Shown piece after piece: positions 50,661-63,792 of a stretch of 64,000 nucleotides of DNA. Position 1 is the first letter of the stretch. The number at the start of each line of letters is the position of its first letter. Both the position numbers and the translations under genes were made by a program. Origin of the DNA: Felis catus (taxonomy: Eukaryota); the NCBI RefSeq assembly GCF_018350175.1, contig NC_058368.1, positions 227,976,001 to 228,040,000 on the forward strand, written 5' to 3'. The notes beneath the pieces are model-generated. The model ran no database searches, had not been told where the DNA came from, and was given only the letters and a program-made list of their open reading frames with translations.

Positions 50661-52306
50661 AGAGAATTACCTCAATAATGTTGCAGTGTATTGTGAAAAT
50701 AATTACACATTTTCTATATAGTGCACTGGTATGATGGTTTATTAAATTATAACTTTGTGACCTAAAGTAATCAATGGCAAAGATTCCAAAGCTACGTGAC
50801 ATAAAAACTATAATTCTCTATGTCCATAACGTTGGTCTGAAACTATTACTACAATGATGCTGTATTTGAACTAGGTTATTGTAATATAATAGTTGACTTT
50901 ATCCGGCTTATACCTAAAATTAAAACCAAAAGTACCATAGCTCCTGGGTTTAGAAAGGTGAAGCCATACCTCCTTTCTGTTGTCTAATGAATGTAAATGC
51001 TTTTCAGTGAAAAAACATGAAATAATTCTGTGTCTATTCACTCACTTATTTACAAAAATGTGGCCCAGATGTGTCTGCCTTCTCTCTGCTGTTGTCATGG
51101 ATGAACACTGCTTAGCACCAACTTACAAGTATACAACAGACATGAGTTCCAGACTTAGAGATTCTGTTTTCCTTTCCGTCCCTCAAATTAAACTGAACTA
51201 TATTTACTTACTAATTTAAGTAAATTAGGACTTAAATTTACCTAATTGCAAAGCTGATTTTCACACGGAGAACAGTTCTCTTCCTCGCCCCAGGGATATA
51301 TATTGTTCGTGGTTTTCACTGTATGTACTTAAGTTGGGGAATATCATTGCTCGTTGCATTTCAGATGGCTAGGCTTCTCTAAACAGTGATTCTCGAGGGC
51401 ATAGAGACTGTGGGGGAAGGGAGGGTGCAGGCTCCTCTGGGGATGCACTATGCCTTCCCCCGCTGAGAAACTCTGCTGGGAGGCCGCCGTTGTTCCCTTG
51501 GGAGTGCGTGGGTAGAAACCGAGACAGAAAAGAACCTTTGCTCTCAGATATCTTTTGAAAACTTAAAGGGTGTGGGTTTCGTTGTCCTCGGGCAAAACAG
51601 CCAAACAGGTTTTGGTGTCCTCTGTTCATCAGGCCCAGGCATGTTTGGCCGGTGAACACGCTTCATATATACAATACAGCAGACAAAATGAAAACAATTC
51701 CCTTGCAGATGGGGAGGTGAATGGCTCTAGGATTTAGCTGGCGGGGGAGGAAGGGACCAGTGCTGCTTGTTAATACCCAGGTGAGTGTTGCTGAGCTTGA
51801 GCAAGTGAATGCTCCAGATGCCCACATCATAATCACGCCCTAGCTAGACCCTGGGAGAGTGTGGCCAAGTGCAAAATGCATCCAGTCCACAAATAATCTG
51901 TTGAATGTCTACTTTGTGCCAGGCGCTGCTGTGCTCTGTGATCAGGCATGCAACAGCACTTCTGGGCCTCATGGAGTTGAGAGCTGAAACCTAGTTACAA
52001 CTATCGGTTTTTGTACAACGCCAGTAACGAGATGGACAAAAGAGGTCTAGGGTTGGAAGGATCCCAAATTTATGCCCTTGGACTTCCTCTGTTAAGTTCC
52101 TGCCTCAAGTGAGAACCTGGTCCTACTAATCAGTCATGATCAATCCATAAAATCATTTCCTTTGGGGCAGTGTTCTGAGGCTGGGCGGCATGTTAGAATT
52201 GCCAAGGGAACTCTTGAGAAATACCAGTGCTCAGGCCTCCTTGGGAAAAGATAAGTTAGAGTGTTGGGGAAGGGGCAGGCATCAGTATTTTAAAACTCCC
52301 CATGAT

Positions 52307-52533
52307 TTAAAAAAAATGTTTATTTGTTTTGAGAGAGAGAGAGACAGGGAGAGAACATGTGCACACGCAAGTAGGGGAAGGGCAGAGAGAGGGAGAGAGA
52401 GAGTCCCAAGCAGAGTCCATGCTGTCAGCATAGAGCCCGACAACATGGGACTCAATCTCATGAACCATGAGATCATGACCTGGGCCCAAACCAAGAGTAG
52501 GACATCTAACTGATAGAGTCATCCAGGCACCCC
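52307..52533 (-). mobile_element. CAN-SINE inserted in a MER5-like hAT MITE (~52165-52575)
   Basis: Reverse SINE; TSD aaa(c/g)tccccatgatt; host has MER5-like ggcatcagtattttaaaactcccc...gattctagtgagcagccag. Confidence 0.85.
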
Positions 52534-55071
52534 GAAAGTCCCCATGATTCTAGTGAGCAGCCAGCTTTAAGTGTTCTAGTTTATTGTGATGAATAAGGGC
52601 ATTTTTGAATTTCATCCCTGTGTCCTATGTAACGTGAATGGTGACATTATATATATTTTAGCTTGGGAGTGAAATTATATGACCCCTGCTGCCAGAGGTA
52701 ACTCTTGGAATTCTGCAAGAGAGGTATTCCTGATTTGGAGAAAAACCGCTGTGGGGTGCGAAGGAAGATAGAATATGGAGTCATGTGAAGGTCCACTAAG
52801 GACCTTCGATCAGATCCCCAAATTTGGTGTGCAGAAAACCGACTGTAAGTCTGGATGGTTGAAATGTTTGGGGCAGAGAAGGCTGTGGCGATGAGGACAT
52901 CCCTACAGCAGGTTTTGGGTCGATTTGTGTGACAAACCCACATGGAGTAAAAAGTCAAGAGGGTATCTTTTATTGGCTTGGAAAGAATGACAGACAAGAG
53001 AGCCAGTAAATGGGGACATTTGAGGGTCCTAAAAACTCCAGTGAAAAATAGACAAGATTCCAGAGCTTACTGTTAGGACAAGAAGATTGATGGGAACTTC
53101 TCAGTTTAAGCGCTGTCTCTTTGCAATGGAGGGGAGTGTAGCTCTTGTTGAATAAAGGAGGACTTCACTGTAGCACCTGCTGTGAGTGGGATTAGCCATC
53201 GTGGAGTGTCTTTCCCTTCCAGAAAACCACTTTGCTGAAGTGCTCTTTATGTGGGAAGGAGTGCATCCTCTGCATCTGTGATGCTTCACTGGGAGACACG
53301 AAAGGGAAAGGGGATAAGAAAGGGCAAGACGTGAAAAGTACAGTTAAAAGTGGGGAGTTGCTAGGTTGTGGGTCTCCCAGCCGGTTAAAGAGCAGGGTTG
53401 GATGCTCCAGGAAGCACCACAGAGTAGCCTCTCTCAGAGGAATGGGGGTCCTGTGGGGTAAAACAAAAATGCTGGAAGACAAAGGAGGAGGCTCTTCTTT
53501 GTTGGAAGACATGGAAAGGAAGTTGACTTTGTAGAGAGGGCTCTACATGGAAGTGAACAGGAGAACCGCTTCCCTCAGTTTTTGTAATTCAACACATTTA
53601 AGTAGGATGTAGGCTAAGGGAGCTTAGTCATATTTGCTGTAAAATGAGAGAGGGCTATAGTCCATACTAGTGGTAGAATTTTGTGCCATGGTTTATACTC
53701 GAGACACAACAGCATTGAAGACCCAGGAGCTTATTGACTGAATTCTGAGTCTGTGATCGTGGACTCAGACTGAGCTAGAATACTTTGTTCCAGCCCTTTG
53801 TTATTTGAAAGTGACTTGTAAATGATTAATTTGGTTACTTTATACGCTCACTAGGTATCAGCTGAGGCTCTCTGTGTCCCAGGTACTGTGCTAGGCCCTG
53901 GGGATATTGCAAAAATTAGGATAGAAAACTTCCCTTTGTGTGGAGCTGATCGTCTTGCAGGAATGATGAGACTCAGTTGATTTTTATTTTATTTTAACCT
54001 GCAAGAGATAAGAAGGATCAGGTTATACGTATGGCAGGTTACCAATAATGAGGCATTTCAGAAAGCTGGGCATACACTTTGAGTAATTTCTCCTTCTGCT
54101 CGTGGATTTGCCCTCATTCATCCGTGGATGAGGAAGATGGTAAAAAGTGAAGCCAACTGGCCTGAGATGATCAAATCCATGTCCTTGGCCTCTTTGGTAC
54201 TATGTTTCATCAGATGCTTAATTATGTGTGGACTTGAGATCGATATGGAGAGCTAAAGCAGAATCAGTCTTAGACAAATTTACTTTGGCGATCTAAGATA
54301 AGGAGTTTCACCCGTAATTCATAGACTCAGGATATTTCCAGTATCTCCAGTGGGATGTAAATCTAGATTATACTCTCCTCTACCACACTTGATACATTGC
54401 ACTATGCATCTCTATACATAAAAGAACAAAACACCCAAATGAAGAAAATAGAAAGATATTCATCCAAACATATGCAACAGACCCTCATTAAAACAGATCT
54501 CTTCCTCTTTCTCACATTTCTCACAGGTTCTCTCATAGACCTGCAACAAGGCTAACCTAGTTTCACCTAGAAAAACTTTTTTTTTTAAACAAAGAAATAA
54601 ATTTTTGGCTGCAGAACCCATTCCTTTCCCCATACACTTGGCCGTGCAAAGGCATCATATGAGGATGACATAGATGAAAATGAAGTTGTTCAGGCAGAAG
54701 CAGCAACAGGTGGGGAAAGCATGGAGCCCAGCCTCCTGGCTGCCCAAGCAGGGAGGCCACCTTCTAGGCACTTTTAGGAGTTGAGGATGGCAGGTTACCT
54801 TTTGCTGAGACACAGGAGCGTCATGAGAGAGCTGGACACAAGGCATGCCAACTGGAAGCCAAGTGGGCACCAGTGCATCCTGGTACTAAAATGTCACTGG
54901 TGTAACTCATTAAATGGTGCCAGTTAACCCCAGTTTCTACCCACCACTCCTTATATAACTCACGCAATGTATATGGGGACACCCTCCAAGAGGGCCCTAG
55001 ATAATTCTTGGGTGGGAATGTAAAGAGACCATGTTTATGGAACACCAGTTTGAATAGGTGTGAAACTCTTA

Positions 55072-55086
55072 GTTGCCTGGGGCAAC
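55072..55086. promoter_or_regulatory. RFX X-box motif in DNAH5 intron 1
   Basis: GTTGCC-TGG-GGCAAC, perfect inverted half-sites fitting GTNRCC(N0-3)RGYAAC; forkhead-type TGTTTAT at 55032-55038. Function is inferred. Confidence 0.5.
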
Positions 55087-55974
55087 CGTGTCATGGCCTT
55101 GCAGCCCAGCTCTTAGCTTACTTACTTAGCTGTGTGCTCTTGGGAAATTATTAATGGCCCATAGTCTCAACTTCCTGGTGTGGAGGTAATACTGCTGCTT
55201 CATAAGGCTTTTGTGACAATTAAACGTAAGCACGGTAAGGAAATGATGACTATCAGAGCCACGGCTACCAATGCCACCAGGGCGAACAGAGCAAAGTGTC
55301 CTGTGACACCTTCAGAGAGTTGGGGGAAAGGGTGTCCCTGTGCACAAAGGGGCCCCTGGACCTGACATTCACTTCTGGCTGTCATGGCGTCTGTGGCGTG
55401 GACCTGGGTCTGAGACAAACCTGCTAACGGGGCTGGGCTTTCTAAGGGTAGAGGGAATATAAACATTTGTAGAATTAAAAAAATATATGATTGAAAAGTT
55501 TGGCTTCTCCTGAGTTTTGATGCCCAGGGTCAGTGCCTTGATCATGCCATTTTAATTCAAGTGCTGCTTGACGGTATTGTCTCAAGACTGCTCCCATTTT
55601 AATCTTCACAAATGCCCTTCAGGTTTGGACTTGTATTTTCATTTTTCAGATGAGAGTAAGGTCTCTCACATACTCAGGGATTACCAGTCCGGAGCCAAAA
55701 GGAAGTTGCACGGTCTCACGTGAACAAGCACGCAGACTCACACTTAACCATAGAGTTAAAGGCAGAAGTTGGTATACTGTGTTAAAAAAAGTTGGATGGG
55801 TAGGCTCATCATGAGAAAACATCACAGAGCTTATTATGAAAGCTCATGCATTGGGTCTTTGTTGGGATTTGTATTTTAAAATCTCAAGTCTCTCGTCTGT
55901 GTTAACTTTTGAACCAGCAAGAAGCTCCGACCGCAGAGAAGGTAACGGTGCTTAGCTGTCATCTAGTCCAATGC

Positions 55975-55994
55975 TTTTATTTTAAATGTTTATT

Positions 55995-56026
<32 letters not shown>

Positions 56027-56182
56027 CAAGTGCATGAGTGGAGGAGGGTCAGAGAGAGAGAGAGGGAGACAGAGCTCCTGAAGCAGGCTCTGCACTGTGA
56101 GCGGGACTCGAACTCACAAACCGTGAGATCATGACCTGAGCTGAAGTCAGCTGCTTAACCCACTGAGCCACCCAGGCATCCC
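55975..56182 (-). mobile_element. CAN-SINE
   Basis: Reverse SINE with (GA)n. Confidence 0.88.
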
Positions 56183-57004
56183 TAGTCTAACACTTTGAGT
56201 CTGCAGTTCTGGAAACTGAAGCCTGGGCAGGTTGACTGACAGATGCAAGTGACAGAGCTGGGACAGGAACCTAAGATCGGGACCAGGGCTCATTTGTCCA
56301 CGCAGAGTTGTCCAGCCTTGAAAGCAGCACTTGTTTCTTGTGAGTTAGCACATTAGTGACTCTTTTCTCCAAGGATGGCAGCGAAATCGCTTGCCACCAC
56401 ATTGCAGAAGTGTTTTACTACTTTCGAGATTTCTGTGGACGTTGAATAGGTTGCCCAGCCCCCTCCTCCCATCCCCCCCCCGCCCCCATCCCTCGGTGCT
56501 TGTTCATGCAACAGGAAACAATTTTAATGTGACTCCAAAAAAAGCCATTCCGTTGTCCGCCTGTTGCCATCTTAATCCCTCCCCAGTTGCCCTCCATGTT
56601 TCAAAGGCCAACAGGACAGCCACCTCCAGACAGCTTGTCACCTGACTGCTTGTTGCTGCCATTCCCTAGCAGCCAGAAAGCTCCGGGTTTAAGTTTATGG
56701 GCTGACAATGCCCTGGTCTGGTCACTAAATGTTTGTTTGATGTTACTGACTTCTTGTGGTAGTTAAAAAACAATTCCCTCGTTGTTCAGCAAAGATAGAA
56801 CCAACGATCAGTTTATGCAAGAACACATTCGTTGCTTAACATGCTTTTTCGTGCAGCTTAGAAAACACTGACTTTAAAAACACATTGATAATTCGCTGTG
56901 TACACATGACACTTCTTTGGAATTTTTCTTCCTCTGTGATATTTAAGTAAAAATAGAATCATTAGTGTTCTGTTTTAGGGACCAATCACTCCTTTCCTCC
57001 ACTA

Positions 57005-57006
<2 letters not shown>

Positions 57007-57093
<87 letters not shown>
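57007..57093. repeat. Compound (AT)n(AC)n microsatellite
   Basis: Long perfect dinucleotide runs in DNAH5 intron 1. Confidence 0.95.
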
Positions 57094-57094
<1 letters not shown>

Positions 57095-57722
57095 TTTTTT
57101 CCCCTTTGGAGTCTCATAAAATCAGGTCATAGAGAATGTGTTGCCATGGCAGAGTCTTATTTAAGTTTCTCTATTCTTCGGAAGGCTTCAGTGGCTTTAC
57201 ATCCTGACTTTCCTGGTTTTCTAGTTCTTTTCTTTCTTTGTCACTCCCCAGCATTTGCCGCAAGATGGTTGTTTTGATGCCTGATTTCTGGCTCCCCTGG
57301 TTGCCCACCATGTCCTCAAGCTGCTGAAGCCATTTAGTACAAACCCAGAGAGTTCGCTTTGAAAAGCACTTTATTCCTCCCTGCCAAGCAAGAAGAAAAC
57401 AGTCTAAACGACAGGACATCATCCTTGTTGTAGCCACATTTAAAAAGAGATGTAAATTTGCTTCTGTTTGATGTCTATGGAATGTATACTTTGTGTCAGG
57501 ACCTGTGTTAGTTCCTATAGAGAGAAATGGCAAGAAAATAGGTATATTATAAATTTTAAAAATCCCTAATCCCTCCTCCTTCCGCCTCCAATTCTTTCCA
57601 GCCAGGCACCTCAGGTTCTGGAAAACAAATGTTAATTGCATGGGTCCAGAGATGGCCTTTCAAGCCCTCTGAAATCCCCAACCTTTTCCTCTTCACTGTT
57701 TTTGAAGGTGTTTGTTTGTTTG

Positions 57723-57725
<3 letters not shown>

Positions 57726-57765
<40 letters not shown>
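57726..57765. repeat. (TG)n microsatellite
   Basis: About 20 perfect TG units. Confidence 0.95.
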
Positions 57766-57767
<2 letters not shown>

Positions 57768-57959
57768 TTAAAAAATTCTTCCTTGACTGTAAATTCCCCT
57801 CTATCTACTACTACCACACCTCTTTCCTTTATAGTCAAGTTTCTGGAAAGAATAGTTTATATTCAGTATCTTTATATTTCTCTTTTCTCAGTCCCCTGTT
57901 TCTCAAGCCTACATCCACTTGCTTTCTGTCCAACCAGTGAAATTATTCTACAAGGATTA

Positions 57960-58480
57960 CCTTGTTATCTACTGCTGCATAACAGACCACACGAGATCAT
58001 AATGGCTTATAGCAGAGACAGCAGTCCCTTATTATCTGTCTTGAGTATATCGGCGATTGGGCTCAACTGGGTGGTTCTGCTTTGAGTGGCATTGGGCTGG
58101 GTTGCAATCCTCTGTAGGCTTGATTAGGTTGGAATGTCTGAGATAGCTTACTCACCTGGAGGGAAGTTGGTTCTGGGGTGTTGGCTGGGTTGGCTGGGGC
58201 TATTGACCAGAATGCCTTGGTTTTTCTTCCATGTGGTCTCCCCATGTGGCTTGGACTTGTCACAGCATGGTAGCTGGGTTCCCAGGGAGCATTTCCAAGG
58301 GCAAAGGCAGAAGCTGAAGCTCTCCTAAGGATTAGCTTAGGCAGGTTTACAGTCTTACTTTTCCCCACGTTCTTTTGGTGAAAACTGGTCACAGGGCCAG
58401 CCACCTTCAAGAGGAGGAGAGGTGAATGGCATGATCCTTTTGCCAAGGGGCTGTGGGATGCTGTAGCCCCTTTTGTAAAC
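57960..58480 (-). mobile_element. MaLR solo LTR (MLT1-like)
   Basis: gttatctactgctgcataacagaccac...gggctcaactgggtggttct...cacagcatggtagctgggttcc...gtcacagggccagcc. Confidence 0.8.
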
Positions 58481-58859
58481 ACAATTAGTTACTAAGGAAA
58501 CCCTAACTGACCCCACCGCTCCGCTATAGCATTAGCACTATTGGCTCTGTGGTGTATTGGTGGTGCGGCCTGCCCACTATCCTCACTTGTCTCCGTGGGC
58601 TATTCTTTCCCTCCTTGCTCCTGGCATATTGGTGCGTCCCAAGGCTCTTCACCTTGCTTTTCATTCTCCATTTCTTTCTTAGAAAATCATATCTGCACTC
58701 ATGGTTTAAAGTTCGATTTATTCATTTGACAAGTGTTTACTGAATATCTAGTATGCACATGCCCCCTACTGGATGAAAGGACTGATAACATAATCGTGCA
58801 GGTTGTGCACTGCATAACCCCAAAAGATACCGTCTTGACTGTCTCTGTCTCTATCGTAT

Positions 58860-59061
58860 CAGTGATTCTCAGCAGGAAGTGATTTTGTCACACACGGGAT
58901 GTTTGGCAGTCTGGAGACATTTTTCATTCTTACAGCTCAGTAGTAGGGAGTTCCTGGCATCCAGAAGGAAGAGACCAAGAACACCCTACAATGTGCAGGA
59001 CTACCCTTCACAACAGGAAAGATCTGGCCTGTAATATCAATTGCGCTGCATTGAGAACCCG
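58860..59061. mobile_element. hAT-Charlie MITE (MER20-like)
   Basis: cagtgattctca...tttggcagtctggagacatttt...ccctacaatgtgcagga...ttgagaacc. Confidence 0.8.
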
Positions 59062-59238
59062 TATCTACATCTGGGTCTACAGTGCAGCTTCCCCTTGAGT
59101 TCCAGAGCCACATTCCCAATGGTCTGTGCATCCTGGGCTCTGGGAATGCCGCCATAAGCCACTTGACTGGCTTTCCTGTCTCCAGGCTTGCGTTGCTCCA
59201 ATCCACATTCCACACTGCTGACAGAATGACTAATTTTT

Positions 59239-59633
59239 AAAAGTATAATTTATTGTCATATTGGTTTCCATACAACACCCAGTGTTCATCCCAACAAGTG
59301 CCCTCTTCAATGCCCATCACCCACTTTCCCCTCCCCCCACCCCCATCAACCCTCAGTTTGTTCCCAGTATTTAAGAGTCTCTTATGGTTTGCCTCCCACC
59401 CTCTCTGTAACTTTTTTTTCCCCTTCACCTCCCCCATGGTCTTCTGTTAAGTCTCTCAAGATCCACATATGAGTGAAAACATATGGTATCTGTCTTTCTC
59501 TGCCTGACGTATTTCACTTCGCATAATACCCTTCAGTTCCATCCACGTTGCTGCAAATGGCATGATTTCATTCTTTCTCAATGCCAAGTACCATTCCATT
59601 GTATATATAAACCACATCTTCTTTATCCATTCG
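59239..59633 (-). mobile_element. 5'-truncated felid L1 3' end inside an L2 remnant
   Basis: L1 ORF2 C-terminus (EWIKKMWFIYTME) and 3' UTR; TSD agaatgact(a/g)attttt 59223-59238 / 59634-59649. Confidence 0.92.
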
Positions 59634-61037
59634 AGAATGACTGATTTTTTTGTTGCAGCATGGACAGCTAACATCTCCCCTGATCTGAAACCCGTCAGTG
59701 ATTCTCCATGGACTTCAGATAACGCTTAAACTCCCTTATGTGGCCCACAAGATATTTTATGATCGGACTGCTTTCTCATTTCCCATTATGTCTTTCTAGT
59801 CCTTTTTAGTTCAGTCAACCTGGCTACCTTGTGGTTTCCAAAGTGTGCTCTGCTTTCCTACGCCACTTGGCCTGTGCACGTGCAGAAATGCCTCCCTTCT
59901 GGGACTGTGGCCAACTGCCCTTCCACTCTAGGTTCAACCCACCTCTTCCCAAAATGTTCTCTGTCATCGCTACCTCAGCCCCAGGCTGGAGTGGGGGACC
60001 CTCCTTTTTGCAACTTCTCTGAAGACCCATAAAGGTCCCTGCCTTGATCTGATGCCCTGGTGGCAACCATAATACCATCCTGTCATACTTATACTTTCCG
60101 CTCAGATCCTGACAAACAGGCTATGAGATTTTTTGACGTCATTGGGTAGCATTTGCCTCTATAGCACAGGTACAAATTGGGGTTAAATAACTGTATGTTG
60201 AACAAAAGAGGGGCCACCTTTTCTCTTCCTAGTGTTGCTCATTGGCATTTCAGGCAATGTACTTAATTCAAGAAATGAATTGGAAGCTGGATATCCACCA
60301 GTGGCAGAATGGTTGAATCAATTACGGTACATCCACATTGTTGAATAGTTTACAGCTATCACACAGGTAGGAATAGCCTGTATTAAAGTAGAAAAGGGTC
60401 TGTGGTGTATTATTAAGGGGATATGTATGAAAATTTTATAGTATAATATACAGATGTGTGTATACATTTGCATACGTTTGTATGAGCATAGTGCGTATGG
60501 AAGGATATGCTTCAAACTGCCCACATTGGTCATATGCCTTAGTATTGTAATTAACAATCAATTTAAAGGTAAGCACTAGTATTCAGAAATCAATTTCAAG
60601 ACCAGATATGAATCTGTAGACAAACAATAAAGGTAGGAGATGATGTGGAACAATATTACTTTAAAGGCTTGGGGAATGTTTACAAAAATGGGGATCTCTT
60701 TTTTTGTGTGTCTTTTGAATGTTTATATATGCATAGAAATAAATCTAAAGGCTTAGAACAAAATAATTGCAGTAATAATTTCTGGATGGCAGATGATTTT
60801 TATTTTTTTTTCTTTTAGCTTATCTGTATTACACAATTTCAAAATGATGCGCACATCTTATTTTCATAACAGAATAACATTATTTCTAAAAATGGAAGAT
60901 TAAAACTGGTACCATTAAGGTGTCTGTTATGTGAGTACTCAAGACCTGAAAAAAGCAACAGTCTCATGCGGTTATTACAAAATGAGTACATCTGAGAACA
61001 GTAGTTGTCACATACCATTTTTGTTCCTTTCTTACAG

Positions 61038-61172
61038 CAAAGACTGAAGGAAGAGAAGGAAGCCAAACGGGCACGCTTGGATGGCAGACATGACTACTTA
61101 TTTGCAATAGTAGCTTCCTGCGTGGACCTGGACAAAACTGAAGTGGAAGATGCCATTCTTGAGGGGAATCAG
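61038..61172 (+). CDS. DNAH5: Dynein axonemal heavy chain 5, exon 2 (135 nt, phase 0/0)
   Basis: Acceptor ttttgttcctttcttacag|CAA and donor CAG|gtgaga. Encodes [45 protein letters not shown], matching recalled human [45 protein letters not shown]. Joins exon 1 in frame. The gene continues beyond the window. Confidence 0.97.
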
Positions 61173-61840
61173 GTGAGATGCACTTGAGTGTTCCCAGACT
61201 TGATTATGGAGGGCACAGAGAACCTATTGACCTCTGTCCTATGGCAGGATCTGTGCTGGGCTGCAGAGGAGGGTGTCTGTTCTAACACGGACAGGATTCC
61301 ATTCTGACCATACAGGTGGTGGCAGATTGACGTTAGGGCTCTCCAGCTCTTCATGTTGAATGGGGGTACTTATAACTGTCACTTAAGTTCCATGGTTCTG
61401 ACAGCAATGTCTGCCTGTTTCTGAATCCAGGGAAGCTGGGTTCGGGTGCCATCTTGGAACTTGAGGTCGGAGAATAGAATCTTCTCTCAGCTTCTGATAT
61501 ATCTTGTCTTGCATTTGTCCTATTCTAACCTGGGAGATTGAATTTTGGCAGCTGAATCTGGTTTCTGTTGTTCCTGAGCTTGACTTCCATTTTCTGCCGT
61601 GATTTCCTTCCAAAATCTGGGGTGTGATTACAGAGGGAAGATCAAAATATGGGAGGATATAATTTCATGAGCATTGAGGAAGGCGTATCAGGAGCCCTAT
61701 GATGGTTCCTGAAGGTTTTTTTGTTTTTGTTTGCTTGTTTGTTTTGGTTTATTAGCATAAAAAAAAGAGAGAGAAAGAGAGAGAGAGGGAGAGAGAATTC
61801 TTTCTGTTGATGGGGGTGGCACACTCTTGATAATGCTTTT

Positions 61841-62050
61841 TAGTGGTATACCTGTAAAGGTTTAACAACCAGCTTTGAGCAAGAGGGTAGAGGGGGGCGC
61901 TATTTTGAGTGTTGATTTCTGTGGTGTTAATACTGCCACAATGGCTGATTCCAGACTATGAACATGATGCTACTGAAGGCTTAGTTGGAAAGGGTTGTGA
62001 TCAATTGGCTGTCATGAACCAGTAGGAGTTGGCTCCAGTTCTCCGGTGGC
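61841..62050. mobile_element. hAT MITE (MER63-like)
   Basis: agtggtatacctgtaaaggtttaacaaccagct...gaaccagtaggagttggctccag resemble MER63 termini. Confidence 0.55.
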
Positions 62051-62791
62051 TTTGTTCCTGCCTGCCATGTCAGTCTGGTGGGATCAGTAGGAGTCAGTGG
62101 AACAGTGAGGGGTGGACAACACTAAAATGGCTAGACTGCAGGATGAGTTAATTAGAGGTTGAGGAAATGCCCTTCTCCTTTTCCTTCCAGCTAACATTTG
62201 TTGAATATTTACCAGGTGTCAGTCTCATCTAAGTGGTTTTCATCTGTTATCTCATTTAATTTTCATGATGCCAGGAGGTAGATAATATTGTTCCTCCAAA
62301 ATGGAGGCACAGAATGAGACAGTCACTTAACTGATTCAGTCTTGGAGAGGTGAAATGCTTAACTCTACCCCTCTTCCTAATTCAGACATCTGGATTTGGG
62401 ATCATGCGAGGGGAATAAACGAGTACAAGTTCTGAACTATAAGAAGCCCAGGTCAAACTGTTGTGTCATATTCAGGACCAGGAATGTCAAAACCTGGAGG
62501 TTGAAAGAAAACGTCCTGGCTCAGTCTCCCAAGCAAAGTAGAGGGGCAGGAGTTTCAGTACTGGCCTTTTGGAAGTATCTCCTTCAGATTCTTGGCTTGG
62601 AAGTTAATCTTAACGACGGCGTCCCACTCAGCCCGACAGCATTCTCAATCAAAGAAGAGTCATGAAGAAACCAGGGCAACTTGCTCTCCCTTATATATAA
62701 TAGTTTTATCTATAATATGGTGGAAATTGGAGGGGGCTTATTTTTTTCACACTTAAAATTTCAGGCTAGATTTTGTTTGAAAACATTTTAT

Positions 62792-62997
62792 TAAAAAAAA
62801 TTTTTTTTAACGTTTATTCATTTTTGAGAGACAGAGCATGAGTGGGGAAGAGGCAGAGAGGGAGACACAGAATCTGAAACAGGCTCCAGGCTCTGAGCTG
62901 TCAGCACAGAGCCCTACGCGGGGCTCGAACTCAAACTGCGAGATCCTGACCTGAGCCGAAGTCGGACGCTCAACCGACTGAGCCACCCAGGCACCCC
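62792..62997 (-). mobile_element. CAN-SINE
   Basis: Reverse SINE; flanks aaa(ca/tg)ttttatt. Confidence 0.92.
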
Positions 62998-63004
62998 GCA
63001 AATG

Positions 63005-63720
63005 TTTTATTTTAAATTGTGGTAATAACGTAGAATATAAAGTTTATCATCTTAATCGTTTTTAAGTAAACAGTTCAGTAGTGTGAAGTTTATTCATGCT
63101 GTTGTGTAACCCATCTTGAGATCTCTTCATCTTGCAAGACTGAAAATCGATACCATTAAACAACAACTCCCCCCTGCCTCTCCCAGCCCCTGGAATTCAC
63201 CATCCCACATTCTGTCTCTAAGAATTTGACTACTTTAGATGCCTTATATAAGTGGAATCCTACAGTATTTGTCTTTTTGTGACTGGCTTATTTTATTTAG
63301 CAAAATGTCCTTAAGGCTCACCCATGTTGTAGCCTGTGTCACAATTTCCCTTTTTAAGACTGAATGATATTATATCATATGTCTGTGCCACATTTTGTTT
63401 ATGCGTTCATCTGTTAATGAACAGTTGCGTTGTGTCCATCTTTTCACTACTGTGGATAATGCTGCTGTGAGGAGAGGTGTGCAAATATCTTTGCACGACC
63501 CTCCTTTCAATTCTTTTGGGTATATACCTGGAGTGGAATTTCTGGATCATGGAGGAATATATTAATATTATGAGAAATTCCCATACTGTTTTCATAGGGA
63601 CTGCACCATATTACATTCTCACCAAGGGTATACAAGTGTTTCAATTTCACCGCATCCTTGACATTTATCTTTTTCTTTCTTTTTTTTTTTTTGTTTTTTG
63701 ACAGTAGCCATGCTAATGGG
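63005..63720 (-). mobile_element. Old L1 3' end
   Basis: ttttaaattgtggtaa...tacagtatttgtctttttgtgactggcttattt...ttttgggtatatacc. Confidence 0.88.
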
Positions 63721-63792
63721 CATGTAGATTTTATCCTTTTTCCTCCAATATGAATTTAAAACAGTGCTAGTGACTTTAAGAAAATTGCTTCT

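Noticed and set aside
61005..61187. Standalone 60-aa ORF
   Set aside because: It is DNAH5 exon 2 plus flanking intron; splice sites define 61038-61172.
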